Assembly: GCA_964016885.1 (NCBI GenBank)
Contig: OZ024742.1
Span: 246,388,001-246,452,000, forward strand
DNA: 64,000 bases
Direction of reading: 5' to 3'
DNA from: Eledone cirrhosa
Lineage: Eukaryota
In this document: positions 1-13,222 of the stretch, piece by piece
Position numbering within the stretch: the stretch's first letter is position 1
Layout: every line of letters starts with the position of its first letter
Notes under the pieces: generated by a model
The model's database searches: none
Told to the model about the DNA's origin: nothing
What the model saw: the letters and a program-made list of their open reading frames with translations, nothing else
Position numbers and translations under genes: made by a program

Positions 1-395
1 GTATTTAGGTTAACAACCATGTATAACCATATTTATCCGCACTGCAATATCTAACCAACAAAAATATTATTTCCATTTTACCAATATTCTTTCTCTTTCT
101 ATTTGCATTATACAAAAACAATATTCAGATCTATAAAAAAAATCCCACATAAAATCTATTTATTTCTTAAAATATTTTTTTCCCATTGTCTTCAATAAAT
201 TCAATTTTGTATTCCTCTTCTAAAACCAAAAATGCCATTAGGATTTTACAGATGGAAGTGATTAAAAATTTAGGTTAGACTTTGTCTTGATTTGAAAATT
301 ATTTTTGAAAGACAGAATTAATTCACCCCTCTAAAATACATGTAGGCCATATGGGGATGGGGGGTATTCATGGTCGCCAGTGGCTGTTTTACTGC

Positions 396-476
396 AATAA
401 TAACAACGACGACGACAACAACGACGACGACAACAACGATGACGACGACAACAACAACAACAACAACAACAACAAC

Positions 477-516
<40 letters not shown>

Positions 517-517
517 T
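396..517. repeat. Compound trinucleotide microsatellite (AAC/GAC)n(AAT)n
   Basis: Directly visible; it explains the poly-N/T/V/I ORFs at 318-902. Confidence 0.95.
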
Positions 518-747
518 TAGAAGAAGAAAGAAACAAACAAAAATCTTGCCGAAGAAAAAAAATATTTTAGAAATAAAATTGCCTTTTGTTCAGGTCAGAT
601 TTATATCAGACGACAACGAGAAAATATATTTTAAAAATATTATTTCTCGTTTTAACTTTTCTATAACAAACCTTTTCGCCTTCCTTCTCTCACACTCTTT
701 CTCTCTCTCTCTTAACCAATCTCTCTCTACCCTCTCTCTCTTATTCT

Positions 748-915
<168 letters not shown>

Positions 916-1130
916 TTTCTTTATTTACCATAAAGGCATAAAAAGAAGGGACAAATACAAAGGGGGAGTTTACATATAATCGAGTAAAAAGGGTGTAACA
1001 TGAAAATAATCGAAAATAACCTCAAAAGGGAGGGGACGTGATGGGGGTTGCACACACCCCCGAAAAAGTGTGCAATCCTTTGCCCGGGGAGCACATGGAG
1101 AAGGTGCTCCCCTCTCCTTTACTTCTTTAC

Positions 1131-4100
1131 CTACAGGATGGTATACAGAGAAGGCCCATTTACACGAGCCATTCTCGCCACTATCACCCACCTTTCATAA
1201 AACTGCCTGTGGCCAAGCACCTCTCTCTCCATTCTTATCCTTCTTCCGAAGTGATATCGGAAGAAGTAGACCAGACTATGGCCAGAGAGGAAGTTGCCTG
1301 ACCTCAGACCTTTCAATCGTGTCCACCAAACAACCTCTTTCAACATGGCTATTACGCACAGAAAAACCGCCTTTGCTTCCTTTGTGAAGAGGGGAGGCGG
1401 TTTGATTGTCATCACGGACTCGGCGGTCAATTTAATCGGCGCCACCCGCGACAGCAGTTGTTCGGCGTAGCCCCACAGATCAGCCACGCCCGGACATTGC
1501 ACCAATGCGTGCGCTACGGTTTCTTCGTGACGCACGCATCTAGGGCAAATCTTTTTTGAGGGATCCCTGCCCGGGCGCCCGTGTCTGTAGAGCCTCTCTC
1601 GAACGGGTAGAGCCCCTCGGTAGCACTGCCAGGCCAGTGACTTCTGGAAGTTGTCCATTGGTCCTGGGCCGAAAGTCCTACCGAACAGGCTGGCCAGTTC
1701 GTCTTCTTCCATGTCCAGCGACTCTCCAAGGGTGTCATCGCCCCTGCTAGCCACCAGCCCTCTATAGAATGATGAGGTGGATTCTCCACCGATGGCCCGG
1801 CCCGCTTGCCAGAGAGCCCTGAGCGCCTGAGCACACTCAGTGTGCCAGTCTCCCAGTTTTCCGGATCTTTGCTTGACCCAGGACTGTAGCTCGGTGAGTG
1901 AGACGAGTCTCGGAAAGGCTCGTTTCACGAACGGAGCCCACACCGGTTGACCAGTGAGGAATACCTGTAGGTGCCGTAGCCTTAATGCGTGCCTACGCAT
2001 CATCAACCACGGCATCCCCAGCCCTCCTTTCGAAGGTTGTTGGCAGCAGATGGATCTTCTCACCATAGGAGGACGCTTCTTCCAAAGAAATTGGAAGAGC
2101 ATGCGTTCCATGGTGGTGAGTGTTTCCTTAGGGCAAGGCACGACAGTCAGGCGGTAGTAAGTGACGGACGCTATGTAAATGTTCGCCACCTCCGCCCGGC
2201 CTTTTAGGGACAGCTTACACTTGGCCCATTTCTGGGTTAGTGCAAACACCTTGTTCGTAACCTCGTTCCAGTTCTTTTCCACCTGGAGGTCCGGTCCAAA
2301 CCAGACCCCAAGCAACTTTACCGGGCCCTCCGTCCAGTGTCCGACGACACCGTCAGGAGGCATCGGTTTGCCTCTCCACGTTCCGAGTTGCAGCCCGATG
2401 GATTTTTCCCGGTTCAGTTTCGCTCCTGACAACCTTTCGTACTCCTCCAGTAAGGTACCGATCGCCTCGATCTCCGAGTCGGTTGATACCATTACTGTTA
2501 CGTCATCGGCGTAGGCCGACACCGCTTTGCTCAATCCTGGTTCCAGGGGGATACCCTGCAACAACTCCAACTTCCTCAGTAAAGGCTCGAGAGTCAATAC
2601 GTACAGAAGGGAGGAGAGAGGGCACCCCTGTCGAATGGATCGTGTGATTTCGAACGGCTTCGAAAGGTAGCCGTTCACCTTGATCCTAGAACAGATGTGG
2701 TTGCTATGTAGGGCAGTGATCCAGCCTCTGAAAACAGGACCGAACCCAGCCGCCGCTAGCACCGCATCCAGGTAACCATGGTCGACCCTATCGAAGGCCT
2801 TAGACTGATCCAAGTTGATCAGGGCCCCACCGAAGCCGGGTTTGTTGCCAACCCTCTCTATGATGTATCGCATGAGGTGGAGGTTATCGTGAATGGACCT
2901 GGATGGGATAGCACATGTCTGCGCATCTCCCACCAGGCCACCCACGACAAGCGCCAACCTCTTTGCTAACACCTTGGCCAAAATCTTTAACTCTGTGTTT
3001 AGCAGGGTTATGGGCCGAAAATTATTTATACTATCCCCCTTTTTCTCGTCCTTCCTCACCAGCGTGACTACGCCCTTGGCTACAGAACAAGGAATTCTCC
3101 CGTTCTGCTGCCAATTGCAGTAGACCGCTTCGAGGAGTTCGGAGAAGAAGACCGGCATTGCTAAATAAAGTTCGTAAGGTATACCATCGAGACCTGGAGA
3201 TTTGCGTCTGCTGCATTGGCTCAGCGCATCTCCGATCTCATCAGCCGAGATTGGTCCCTCGCAGGACTCTGCCTCTTTGTTCGAGAGACGCGGCAGGCCG
3301 TCGAGGTATGGACCGAAATCCACGCCCCGGCCCGGACCCTCGCCTCCCCCGAACAATCGGGCAAAGTGCTTTTGAAAGGCCTCGCACATCTGCTTAGGCT
3401 CCCGGATCACTCGTCCATCTTCGTCTTGCAACGACCGGATGGTGGATCGATTTCCACTTTTAGCTTCTGTCACGCGGGCCCATCCAACGGCTTTGGCCCC
3501 CTCATTACCTAGAGCACGTATTTTACTTCGAATGACGCAGCCTTCATGCTTTGCATCGAAAAACTGGTTCAAGGCCGTCCTCGATGCCAGCACTCTGGCC
3601 ACATCTTCGCTCTTGATTGCCTCTTCTAATTTACCTGTTAATTCTTTCTCGTTTCTATTCCTATTGGCAGCTAACATCTTGCTATAACTTATTGATTCTG
3701 TTCTAATCTCTCTTTTGAGAGATGCCCACCATCGGTTGTTGACGATTGCACCCGTCAACCTCTCCTTAACTAATCTGCTAATCCGGTTTCTGTAAGTCTC
3801 TTTTGCCGGTAAAGACAAATTAAGTTTCCAGTAACCGGGACCCTGTCTATGTGTTTTCTCGAGATTGACCACGCAGGTCACTAATTTGTGATCCGTGTAG
3901 CCAACCGTGCGCATTTCTGGACAGCTTAATATGTCCCTATCCTTACTTCTAACTAAGAATCTATCTAAGTACGATCTAGATTGACCACTGTGGTTTCTCC
4001 AAGTCCAGGTAGGCACAGTTGGAAAATCTAGTCGATATCTATCGACCAAGTTAAAACGGTCGAGTAACCCCTTGAGGCTGTTACACCCCCCTCTATTAGG

Positions 4101-4567
4101 ACATGCTCCTGCATAGTCCCAACGTGCATCTAGGATGTCATTCCAATCCCCCGCTAGAAGCAGGGAACGCGACGTTCCCAGAAAAGTCTCCAAACGCTGG
4201 AAGAAGTCGGGCCGTTCAGCTCCGAAAGGGGAGTAGACGGCGACCAGTCTCAAGGCCGCACTTTCACTACTGCCAACGTCTAGCACCAACAAACGACCCT
4301 CCGGGTCCGAGTGCACAACCTGTACGGCAAGACCCAGGTGTTTTTGCAGCAGCACGACAACCCCATCCCACCTCCAGGTTGACAGAGAGATGCATGCACC
4401 TCAAAGTCATCGAAGGTGGGGGCCAGCTGCCGCATGACGCTGATTCGAGTCTCACAGATAACCATTACATTTATACTACATGACCTGAGGTCATTTAGAA
4501 GCTTTGCTTGCTTCCAAGTTGAGCCCAGGCCACGTGCATTCAAACATCCTACTCTTAACACATCCAT
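1131..4567 (-). pseudogene. LINE ORF2 (AP endonuclease, reverse transcriptase, zinc finger), one frameshift near 4365
   Basis: N-terminus MDVLRVGCLNARGL...ICETR (4567-4280) joins the 4355-1131 frame after a G-rich patch. Motifs: GDWN, YLDRF, TDH, KSPGLDG, NFRPITLLN, DQSKAFD, RQGCPLS, YADD, CPRC-x8-H-x4-C. Confidence 0.92.
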
Positions 4568-4600
4568 GTGGGCGGCAGAGCCAAAGGAGAGTGTAGAGAC

Positions 4601-6479
4601 CTACCTTTCCGCTTCCCGGGGTTCGGGTTGCACGACTTCCATGGGGTCGGGGGTGTTGGGTGAAGGGTTGTCTTGTGGTGGTGTGGGGTCGTCGGTGTGT
4701 GGTGGGGTTGGGGTGTTTGGAGTTGTGTTGGGGAGGGGAAGGGGAGGGGGAAAGCTTTTTAGTAGGACGCGGTTTATGGGTTTGACAGAGGGTGGTCCTA
4801 CGTCCTCCTTAAAATCCTTTTTTAGTTTTTGGTAGAGGTTCATTGGGATTTTTATTAGTTTTAAATGTGGGTGGTTTTCTGATGAAACAAAGTTTACACC
4901 TTCGGTTTGTACCGAAGGATTATTGTATATGAGTTCATTTAATTTATTATTGTTTCTGTTGATGTAAGTATAGTGTAATGTCTTTTTTTCCGATGGTGTG
5001 AGTGTTTCGAAGAGGGGAGGGGCAGGTTTGGTTTTGTTTGTTGCTGGAGGGGTGTTTTCTGTTTTGTTAGATTGTGTTGCGATTTGGGTGGGGGTTGTTT
5101 GTCCTTGTGTGTTTTGCACATGTTTTCTTTTTTTCCTTTTAATCTGTCTGAAGGACTCCGTTTCTTCCTCCGAATTCGTTGGGTTATCTTCAGTGTTGGA
5201 GGGAAGAGGTATGTTTGCTGGTAATGTTTCCGTGTTGGTTTTCTTTGTGAGGGAGATGGATGTCACTATGTTAGACTGTGTTGTGTGTTGTGTCTGCGGT
5301 GGTTGTGTTGTTTTATTGAGTGAGAGGTTGGGTGGGCCTGTATTTTGTTTTGGGGTAATGTGTTGTGACTGTTTGTGTTGTGGTGGTGTTGTGGTGTTAC
5401 TGAGGGACGGGTTGGGTGGGACTGAGTTTTGTTGTTTGTTTATCTGTTGTGGTGGTGGTGGTGGAGCTGGTGTTGGTAGCAGGGTTTTCTTTTTGTTGAG
5501 TTGGGGACAAGCGGCCTTCAGGTGCCCTCTGCCTGCACAGATATGGCAGGACGGCCTTCTCCCCTCCACGCTAATGTTTATATACCCGTGGTCCTCTAAT
5601 AGGATTCTGTCGGGTATTTGGGCGATGCGTTCAGGCTTCATTTGTACTACCAGCTCTATACCTGTTCCACTGAACGCATTGCCTGTGGTTTTCCCAATGG
5701 AAATCACGTTGTCATTCACTGGATTGATGAAGCCAGCTATGAGCCAGCAGTAGTCCACATCTGGCATCATTGCATCCAGCCATATGCGTTGAGTTTTTTT
5801 TCCCATATAAGATGGATAAAAGGTGAAATTTTTCGAACGAATCGGTGACAAAGCACATTTTTTTGCCGCCGATTCGTTCTTCATGATAATTGCTAGGCTT
5901 CCATACAGTCTGTCTTTTCTTATGAAAGTTGTTTCATTCAGTACTTCTGCGAGTACTGTTTTGATATCTGCTTGAGAAGGCTGTTCAGGTTTTTTTGTAC
6001 TGTTGTTGATGGTCCGAAACTTGACCGTTCGGCTTTCAATGTCTTTCGTGAATTCTTGAGGCATTTTTACCAATAAAATACCATTCTCACCTTCACTTAT
6101 GTATTGTTTTGCGTCCGTGATCCTTCGTACCACATCTGAAATGTTTTCCGCTATATAAGTCAAAGATTTCTTTGTTTTCTGTGCAAATGAAATCCTGTCG
6201 TCTGCTTTGTTTTCTGATATGATGTTATTTTCAACTGTTATTTTTTTGTTTGTTGTGTCTTTGTTTGTGTTATTAGTATTGTCATGCAATTTTTCAAATT
6301 TTTTTTTTTTCGTTGTTTTCGTCATTTAATTTTTTCTCCGCAGATTCGTCCGTTTTTATTTTCATTTTTCCTTCCTTCTCTATGACGTTAGTTGGGAAGG
6401 AAGGGAGGACTAAAGCGTGCGAGCTTACAACTCTTACCGCTGTCCCCCCACCACTATTTTCGTTCGCTGCGTTTAACAT
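4601..6479 (-). pseudogene. LINE ORF1 (nucleic-acid binding, single CCHC zinc knuckle, P/T/N-rich C-terminus), +1 frameshift at an A-run near 6300-6325
   Basis: CHICAGRGHLKAAC knuckle. The true start MLNAANENSGGGTAVR (6479) matches MNAASNDNGGGEAVR in copy 2. Confidence 0.85.
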
Positions 6480-6532
6480 TTCTGTTAGACGATTGAAATT
6501 TTTTTCACAAAATTTTTTTTAAAACAGGTTTT

Positions 6533-6630
6533 TCACCTCTAGGAGGGGTGAGGATGAGCTGACCCACCGCCTGACAGTTCAGACGGAGGGTCAAGCTACA
6601 CAATTGTATCAAAATTAAGTTTGAACTCAC
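6533..6630 (-). promoter_or_regulatory. Conserved structured RNA element in the LINE copy 1 5'UTR
   Basis: Stems GACCC/GGGUC, CCGUCUGA/UCAGGCGG and CACCCC/GAGGUG (one mismatch), plus a possible GUGAGUU/AGCUCAU. The same fold is present in copy 2 with compensatory or G.U-preserving changes. Confidence 0.6.
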
Positions 6631-6746
6631 AAAATTTCCTCAATAAATTTGAACAAAACTTCTGTGCGAAGTGAATGACATCCACACTGTAGAACAGACG
6701 ACAGCTAGATTATGTAGATAGATAGATAGATAGATAGATGGATATG

Positions 6747-6888
6747 TTTCTTTTATTTGCCACCAGGGCATCAAAAGTGGGACAAGCACAATGGGGGGAA
6801 TTTACAAAACAAGGCGTCCTCAATAAGGAGGGGGCAATAACAATATATAAAAATAAAATAAAATATAAAAAATAAAATTTAAAATTTT
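6747..6888 (-). mobile_element. Severely 5'-truncated 3'UTR stub of a third Tx1-like LINE subfamily
   Basis: The plus-strand sequence tttcttttatttgccaccagggcatcaaaagtgggacaagcacaatggggggaatttaca matches the 3' termini of copies 1 and 2. Flanked by GATA arrays (6716-6744 and 6888-6909). Confidence 0.8.
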
Positions 6889-7150
6889 AGATAGATAGAT
6901 AGATAGATATATTTCTTTATTAGCCACAGGGGCACAAAAGAAGGGGACAAATACAAAGAGGGAAGTTTACATACAATAAAAACGTGTAAAATGTTATCAC
7001 AGATGGAATTTAAAAAGTTAGTCGATTTTCCCCAATAGAGGGAGACAGTTTATATGGGTAACACATGCCCCCGAAAAAAAATGTGCAACCCTCATCTCCA
7101 GGAGTACGAAGAGTTTGTACGCCCTTCCTCTCCTCCTCCTTTTCCTCAAC

Positions 7151-10100
7151 CTACAGGCTGATATAGAGAGAAGGCCCATTCACTCGGGCCATTCTCGCCA
7201 CTTTCACCCACCTTTCATAAAACTTGCTGGGGTACAGCACCTCTCTCTCCATCCTGATTCTTCTTCCAAAGTGGTATTTGAAAAAAAGAATCAGTTGTTG
7301 GCCGGAGAGAAAGGTGTCTGACCTCAGCCCTTTCAACCTTGTCCACCATACAACCTCTTTCGCCATAGCTATCACACAAAGGAAAACCACCTCTCCTTCG
7401 TTTTTGAAGGAGGGTGGCGGTTTGATCATGACAATGGACTCGGTGGTCAACTGGACTGGTCCCACCCGCGACAATAGTCGTTCTACATAGCCCCACAGGT
7501 CAGTGACGCCCGGGCAGTGTATGAATGCGTGCTCGACGGTTTCTTCGTCTCGCACGCACCTCGGACAGATTTTTTTTGCAGGGTCCCTGCCCGGGCGCCC
7601 ATGTCTGTAGAGCTTGTCTCGAACTGGTAGAGCTCCTCGGTAGCACTGCCAGGCCAGGGACTTTTGGAAGTTGTCCATCGGTCCCGGGCGGAAGGTCCTA
7701 CCGAACAGACTGGCCAGTTCATCTTCCTCTACGCCTAGAGTTTCACCGAGCGCGTCGTCGCACTTGCTGCGGACTAACCCTCTATAGAATGACGAAGTGG
7801 AGTCTCCACTGATCGCCGGGTCCGCCTGCCAGAGGGCTGTGAGCGCCTGAGCACATTCGATGTGCCAGTCGCCCATTTTCCTCGGTCTTTGCTTGACCCA
7901 GGACTGCAGCTCGGTCAGCGAGACGAGTCGTGGGAAGGCTTGCCTCACGAACGGGGCCCACACCGGTTGTCCGGTGAGGAATACGTAGAGATGCCGCAGC
8001 CTGAGCGCGTGTTTGCGCATCGTCAACCACGGCATCCCCAGCCCTCCGTTAGAAGGGTGCTGGCAGCAGATGGATCTTCTCACCAAAGGAGCCCGCCTCT
8101 TCCAAAGGAATCGGAAGAGCGCGCGCTCCATTTTGGCGAGCGTTTTGGCTGGACAAGGCACGACGGTCAAGCGGTAGTAGATGGCGGACGCTATAAAAGT
8201 GTTCGCCACCTCCGCTCGACCTTTCAAGGATAGTTTGCACTCAGCCCACTTCTGGGTGAGTGCAAACACCTTGGCCGTCACTTCGTTCCAGTTCTTCTCC
8301 ACCTGGAGGTCCGGACCAAACCAGACCCCGAGCAGCTTTACCGGTCCTTCCGTCCAGCGTCCGACGACGCCATCGGAAGGCATCGGTCTGCCTCTCCACG
8401 ATCCGAGTTGCAAACCGATGGACTTGTCCCGGTTCAGCTTCGCTCCTGTGAGACTTTCGTATTCCTTCAGTAAGGTGCCGACTTCCTCGATTTGCGAGGC
8501 GCTCGACACCATTACTGTCACGTCGTCGGCGTAGGCCGACGCCGCTTTCCGCAGTCCCGGTTCCAGAGGGATGCCCTGCAATAGCTCCAGCTTCCGCAGT
8601 AGTGGCTCGAGAGTCAGTACGTACAGAAGGGAGGAGAGAGGGCATCCCTGTCGAATGGATCGCGTAATATGGAACGGCTCCGAGAGGTAGCCGTTCACCT
8701 TGACCCTTGAGCAGATGTTGCTGTTGTGCATTGCAGCGATCCAGCCCCTGAACACGGGTCCGAAGCCTGCCGCCTCGAGCACCGCATCCAGGTAACGATG
8801 GTCAACCCTATCGAAAGCCTTAGACTGATCCAAGTTGATCAGGGCCCCACCGAAGCCGGGTTTACACCCTACCCTCTCTATGATGTATCGCATGAGGTGG
8901 AGGTTGTCGTGTATGGACCTGGTCGGGATTGCGCATGTCTGCGCTTCTCCCACCAGGTTCTCGACGACAAGCGCCAGCCTCTTTGCCAACACCTTGGCCA
9001 AAATCTGTAACTCTGTGTTTAGCAGAGTTATGGGCCGGAAGTTGCCTATGTCATCCCCCTTATTCTCGTCCTTCCTGATTAGTGTGACCACGCCCCCGGT
9101 TACAGAACTGGGAATTCTCCCGTTCTGTTGCCAGTTGCAGTAGACCGCTTCCAGAAGACCGGAGAATAAGTCCGGCATTACTACGTAAAATTCGTAGGGT
9201 AGACCGTCGAGACCTGGAGATTTGCGTTTGCCGCATTGGCTCAGCGCGTCCCCTATCTCAGTGGCTGAAATCGGCTTTTCGCAGAACTTTGCCTCGCTGT
9301 CCGAGAGTCGCGGTAGGCCGTCGAGGTATGGACCGAAATCCATAGCCTCTCCCGGCGCGCCGCTCCCCCCCGAACAGCCGAGAAAAGTGCCGCTGAAAAG
9401 CCTCACACATCTGCTTCGGCTCACGTATCACGCGTCCGTTTTGGTCCTTCAAAGACCGAATCGTGGACTTGTTGCCACTTTTTGCCTCCGTCACTCGGGC
9501 CCAGCTAACAGCTTTGGCTCCCTCGTTTCCCAGAGCACGTATTTTGCTTCTGACAACGCAACCCTCGTGCTTTGCGTCGAAGAACTGGTCCAAGGCCGTT
9601 CTCGTTGCTAGCACGCTGGCTACGTTGCCACTTCTAATTGCCTCTTCTACTTTATCTACCAGTTCCTTCTCGGTTCTATTTCTATCTAACGCTAAATCTT
9701 TACTAAAAACTATCGAGTCTTATCTAACTGCCCTCTTGAGAGAGTACCACCATCTGTTGTTGACAATGGCCCCTGTCAAGTGCTGTTTAACTAAAGTGCT
9801 AATCCGTCTACTGTAGGCTTTGCTTGTCGGTAACGACAAGTTCAGCTTCCAGTAGCCGGGTCCTTGTCTATGGGTTCTATCAAGGTTGGCCATGCAGGTC
9901 ACTAGTTTGTGATCTGAATAGGCAACCATGAACATTTGTGGACAGCTTAACATGTCCCTATCCTTATTTCTAACTAGAACCCTATCTAGGTACGATCTAG
10001 ATGTTCCGCTACGATTACTCCACGTCCACAGTGGTGCAGTCGGAAAATCTAGTCGATATCTATCGGCCAGGTCAAATCGGTCGATTAACTGTTTGAGGCT

Positions 10101-10588
10101 GTTACACCCCCTTTATCGGGACATGCTCCCACATAGTCCCAACGTGCATCTAGGATTCCATTCCAGTCCCCCACTAAAAGAAAGGAGCGGGACGTTCCCA
10201 GAAAAGTCTCTAGACGTTTGAAGAAGTCTGGCCGCGGTGTCCCGGATGGGGCATATGCGGCCACCAGCCTGAAGGCTCAACCTTCACTACCGTCAACGTC
10301 TAGGACCACCAGTCGACCCTCCGGGTCCAGATGTACCGTCTGTGTTACGAGGCCCAGGTGTTTCCGCAGCAAAACGGCAACTCCGCCCCCACCCCCCGGT
10401 TGACAGAGAGATGCGTAGATCTCAAAGTCATCGAAGATGGGGGCCAGCTGTCGCTCGCCGTGGATCCTGGACTCGCAAATGGCTACCACATCCATACTGT
10501 GCGACCTGAGGTCGTTTAAGAGTTTGCCCTGTTTCCAGGGCATCCCCAGGCCGCGTACGTTCACACATCCAACTCTTATATTGGCCAT
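7151..10588 (-). pseudogene. LINE ORF2, disrupted (stops at ~10277 and ~9720, frameshift near 9370)
   Basis: ORF fragments 10588-10277, 9953-9720, 9614-9258 and 9424-7151 tile the APE-RT-zinc finger protein (YADD, RQGCPLS, CPRCVRDEETVEHAFIHC). Confidence 0.92.
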
Positions 10589-10621
10589 GTTGGTGCTGAA
10601 AAGTTAAAAGAGGAAAAGAGA

Positions 10622-12519
10622 TCACTCACCCTTCGCCTCCTGGGGACCAGGCCGCACGATTTCCATGGGGGTGTTGGAGGGGTTGTCTGGATGGGTGGTG
10701 GTTTCCGGCTGGGTGGGGACGCAGATGTTTGGTGGGGTGGGGTCTGGTGGGATGGGGGTGTCTGGGGTGGGGAGGCATTTGAGAAGGACGCGGTTGAGTG
10801 GTTTCACGCAGGAATTACCCACACCCTTCTCAAATGTTTCTTTTAGGGACCTATAAGTTTGTATAGGGACCCTAATCAGTTTTAGGTTCAGTTTTTTGCT
10901 ATTTTTTATAGAGTGGGCGAAAGTTTTCCCTTCGGTGAAAACCGAAGGGTCGTTCGTGATGGTCTCCATTAGTGTTTTGTTTTCAGTGTTTATGTATGTG
11001 TAAGTGTAATTTTCTTGTGTTGTGTTTGTTTTTGTCTGTAGTTCTTGTGTGTGCTTTCGTTTTGTTGTAGGTATTTTGTTTTCAGGAGGTGGGGGTTTTG
11101 TTTGTGATATTTTTGTTGTTTGTGTTGATGGTTGTATGTTTGTGGTAGTGTTTGCTGGTTTTTTGCTTTTGTGATGTCTTTTCTTTCTTTTCGAGCGATG
11201 GGGTTCTCCCTCGTCTTCACTGGGTGATGGCGAGATAGCCTCATCTGTTGTATCGTCTGTGTGATTGGGGAGGGGTATGTCTTGGGGAGCTGTTGTTTCT
11301 GTATGTGATTTTGCAGTGGTTTTAGGTGGAGTGGGGTTGGGTGGGACTGTGTTTGTTGTGGTTATTTTTGTGTGTTGGTGTTGTTGTTGTTGTGGTGGTG
11401 TTGGTGCTTGTGTTGTTTTGATGGGTGTCGGCAGAAGAGCCTTTTTTTGGTTCATTAGTTTAGGACAGGAAGCCCTCAGGTGACCCCTGCTAAAGCAATG
11501 GTAACATGAAGGCCGCCTACCCTCAACCGAAAGGTATATGTAGGTGAGTCCGTCCAGGAGTACACGCTGTGGGATCATAGCTATTCGCTCTGGGCTCATT
11601 TGCACCAGAACTTCAATGCTAGTCCCATTGAATACATCTCTGGGGGACTTTCCTACTGACAGTATTCTGTCTTCATCAAAATTGATGAAGCCGCACAGTA
11701 TCCACCATATGTTCACCTTTGGTGTGACACTTGTGATTCTGATCTTTTGAGTCCTTTTTCCCATGTATGTAGGGAAAAAGGTGTACAGGTTGGATACAAT
11801 TGGCGACACAGAGTAATTTTGGGCCGTCAATTGATCCTTCATGAGTACCGAAATACTCCCAAAAAGTTTGCTTCTTTGAATGAATGCAATATCATTCATT
11901 GAATTTTTGAAAACCAGTTCAATTTCTTTCTGTGACAATTGGACTGGTTTTCGGGTAGAATTGGAAACTGTCCTAAAAACTATCGTTTTGAGAGCAGTTT
12001 CCTTGCGAATTTCTACCGGAGAATTGATGCTGAAAGCACCATTTTTATCGAAAGTGACATATCTCTTAGCGTCCTTTAAAAGTTGTTCAGCATTTGTTAT
12101 GTCGAGATATATCAATTCTTCTTTCTTTTGAACTTTCTCTGCAAAGGAGATTTTTGGTTTCTTTGTGGAATCCGTATTGGTGGTGTTGTTGTTGTTATTC
12201 TTGTTGTCCCCGATGTTGGTATCATCCGTATTTTCCTTGGTGTTGTTGTTGTCTTTGATGCTGGTGTTATTGGCGTTGTCTTTATTTTTTTCTTTGTTGT
12301 TGTTATCGTTGTTGCTTTTATCATCATTATTGGTTTTGCTGTAATTTTGTTGTCATTGAACTGTTTGGTGTCATTTGTGTTGTTTGGATATGAATTCGTT
12401 TTTTTATTTTCATTTTGTCTTTCCATCTCTATAGTATCTAGTGAAGAAGACGTTGTTGACTGCGAGCTTTGTAGTCTTACCGCCTCTCCACCACCATTAT
12501 CGTTGGACGCAGCGTTCAT
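10622..12519 (-). pseudogene. LINE ORF1, -1 frameshift in the N-rich linker
   Basis: CYHCFSRGHLRASC knuckle; FFPTYMGKRTQKI matches FYPSYMGKKTQRI of copy 1. Confidence 0.85.
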
Positions 12520-12585
12520 AACGTAATCAAAATTTTACAATATTTTTTCCAAGATTCGATGGAGAAAGATTTTTTAAATGGATAT

Positions 12586-12684
12586 TCCGCCCCTGTAGGG
12601 GGCGAAAATGAGTTGACCCACCACCTGAAGGTCCAGACGGGTGGTCAAGTTACACAATGATATAAAATTTAACTAAAAACTCAC
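12586..12684 (-). promoter_or_regulatory. Conserved structured RNA element in the LINE copy 2 5'UTR
   Basis: Stems UUGACC/GGUCAA, CCGUCUGG/UCAGGUGG, CGCCCC/GGGGCG and GUGAGUU/AACUCAU, homologous to 6533-6630. Confidence 0.6.
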
Positions 12685-12774
12685 GTTTTTTTCTTACATA
12701 AATTAACGGAAACTTCTCCGCGAAGTGACACGCGTCTGATAGAGAGATAGATAGATAGATAGATAGATAGACAG

Positions 12775-12805
<31 letters not shown>

Positions 12806-12806
<1 letters not shown>

Positions 12807-13086
12807 ATGTAGGAATTCAAATGCAGAAAATTACTCTAACAACATTCGATCGGTATAAATAATAGTTTTAGAAAAGTGGGTAAAATACCCTTAGGAACGG
12901 AAAAAGTGGCCAGCATTATGTATTGCCATCGACTGTTGTTGCAGTTATTTTCTGCGTTTGGATTTCTACATTTTCAAATGTTAAACCACTTAATCGCTTT
13001 AACCTGAATAGAAAAGTGGCAGTGATATTGAAGTTTCATCTTGGTCGCTTCATCTAGCAGTCAGATGAAGCGACAAAGATGAAACA
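12806..13086. repeat. Two degenerate fold-backs next to (TA)n: arms ~12806-12862/12916-12972, and hairpin ~13033-13085 with a hammerhead-like half (AGATGAAG...GAAAC)
   Basis: Reverse-complement matches read by eye. Confidence 0.55.
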
Positions 13087-13222
13087 TCAAAGTAAGGGCC
13101 TTATTTCCACTCAGAACATATAATTTACACACTCTCTAGTTATAAGTATTTAGGGTTCATACAGCTAACGCTTAAATGTTTTAAATACAATGGTATTTTG
13201 ATCAATCTCTATTATATATATA

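Larger units (their letters stand above)
916..6705 (-). mobile_element. Near full-length L1/Tx1-clade non-LTR retrotransposon, copy 1
   Basis: 5'UTR, ORF1 with a CCHC knuckle, ORF2 with APE, RT and a C-terminal Cys/His finger; 3' end reads AATAAAGAAA then (TCTA)n. GATA arrays on both sides. The 5' boundary is approximate. Confidence 0.93.
6912..12737 (-). mobile_element. Near full-length L1/Tx1-clade non-LTR retrotransposon, copy 2 (different subfamily)
   Basis: Same organisation as copy 1; ORF2 clearly similar, ORF1 much more diverged. (GATA)n at both ends (6888-6909 and 12738-12770). Confidence 0.93.

Noticed and set aside
6294-12519. Programmed ribosomal frameshift in LINE ORF1 (both copies are split near the N-terminus)
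   Set aside because: The shift is +1 in copy 1 and -1 in copy 2, in A-rich low-complexity sequence; independent indels or homopolymer errors are more likely.
1514-12526. Short overlapping and antisense ORFs within the LINEs
   Set aside because: Shadow frames of GC-rich ORF2 or of the low-complexity ORF1; no independent motifs.
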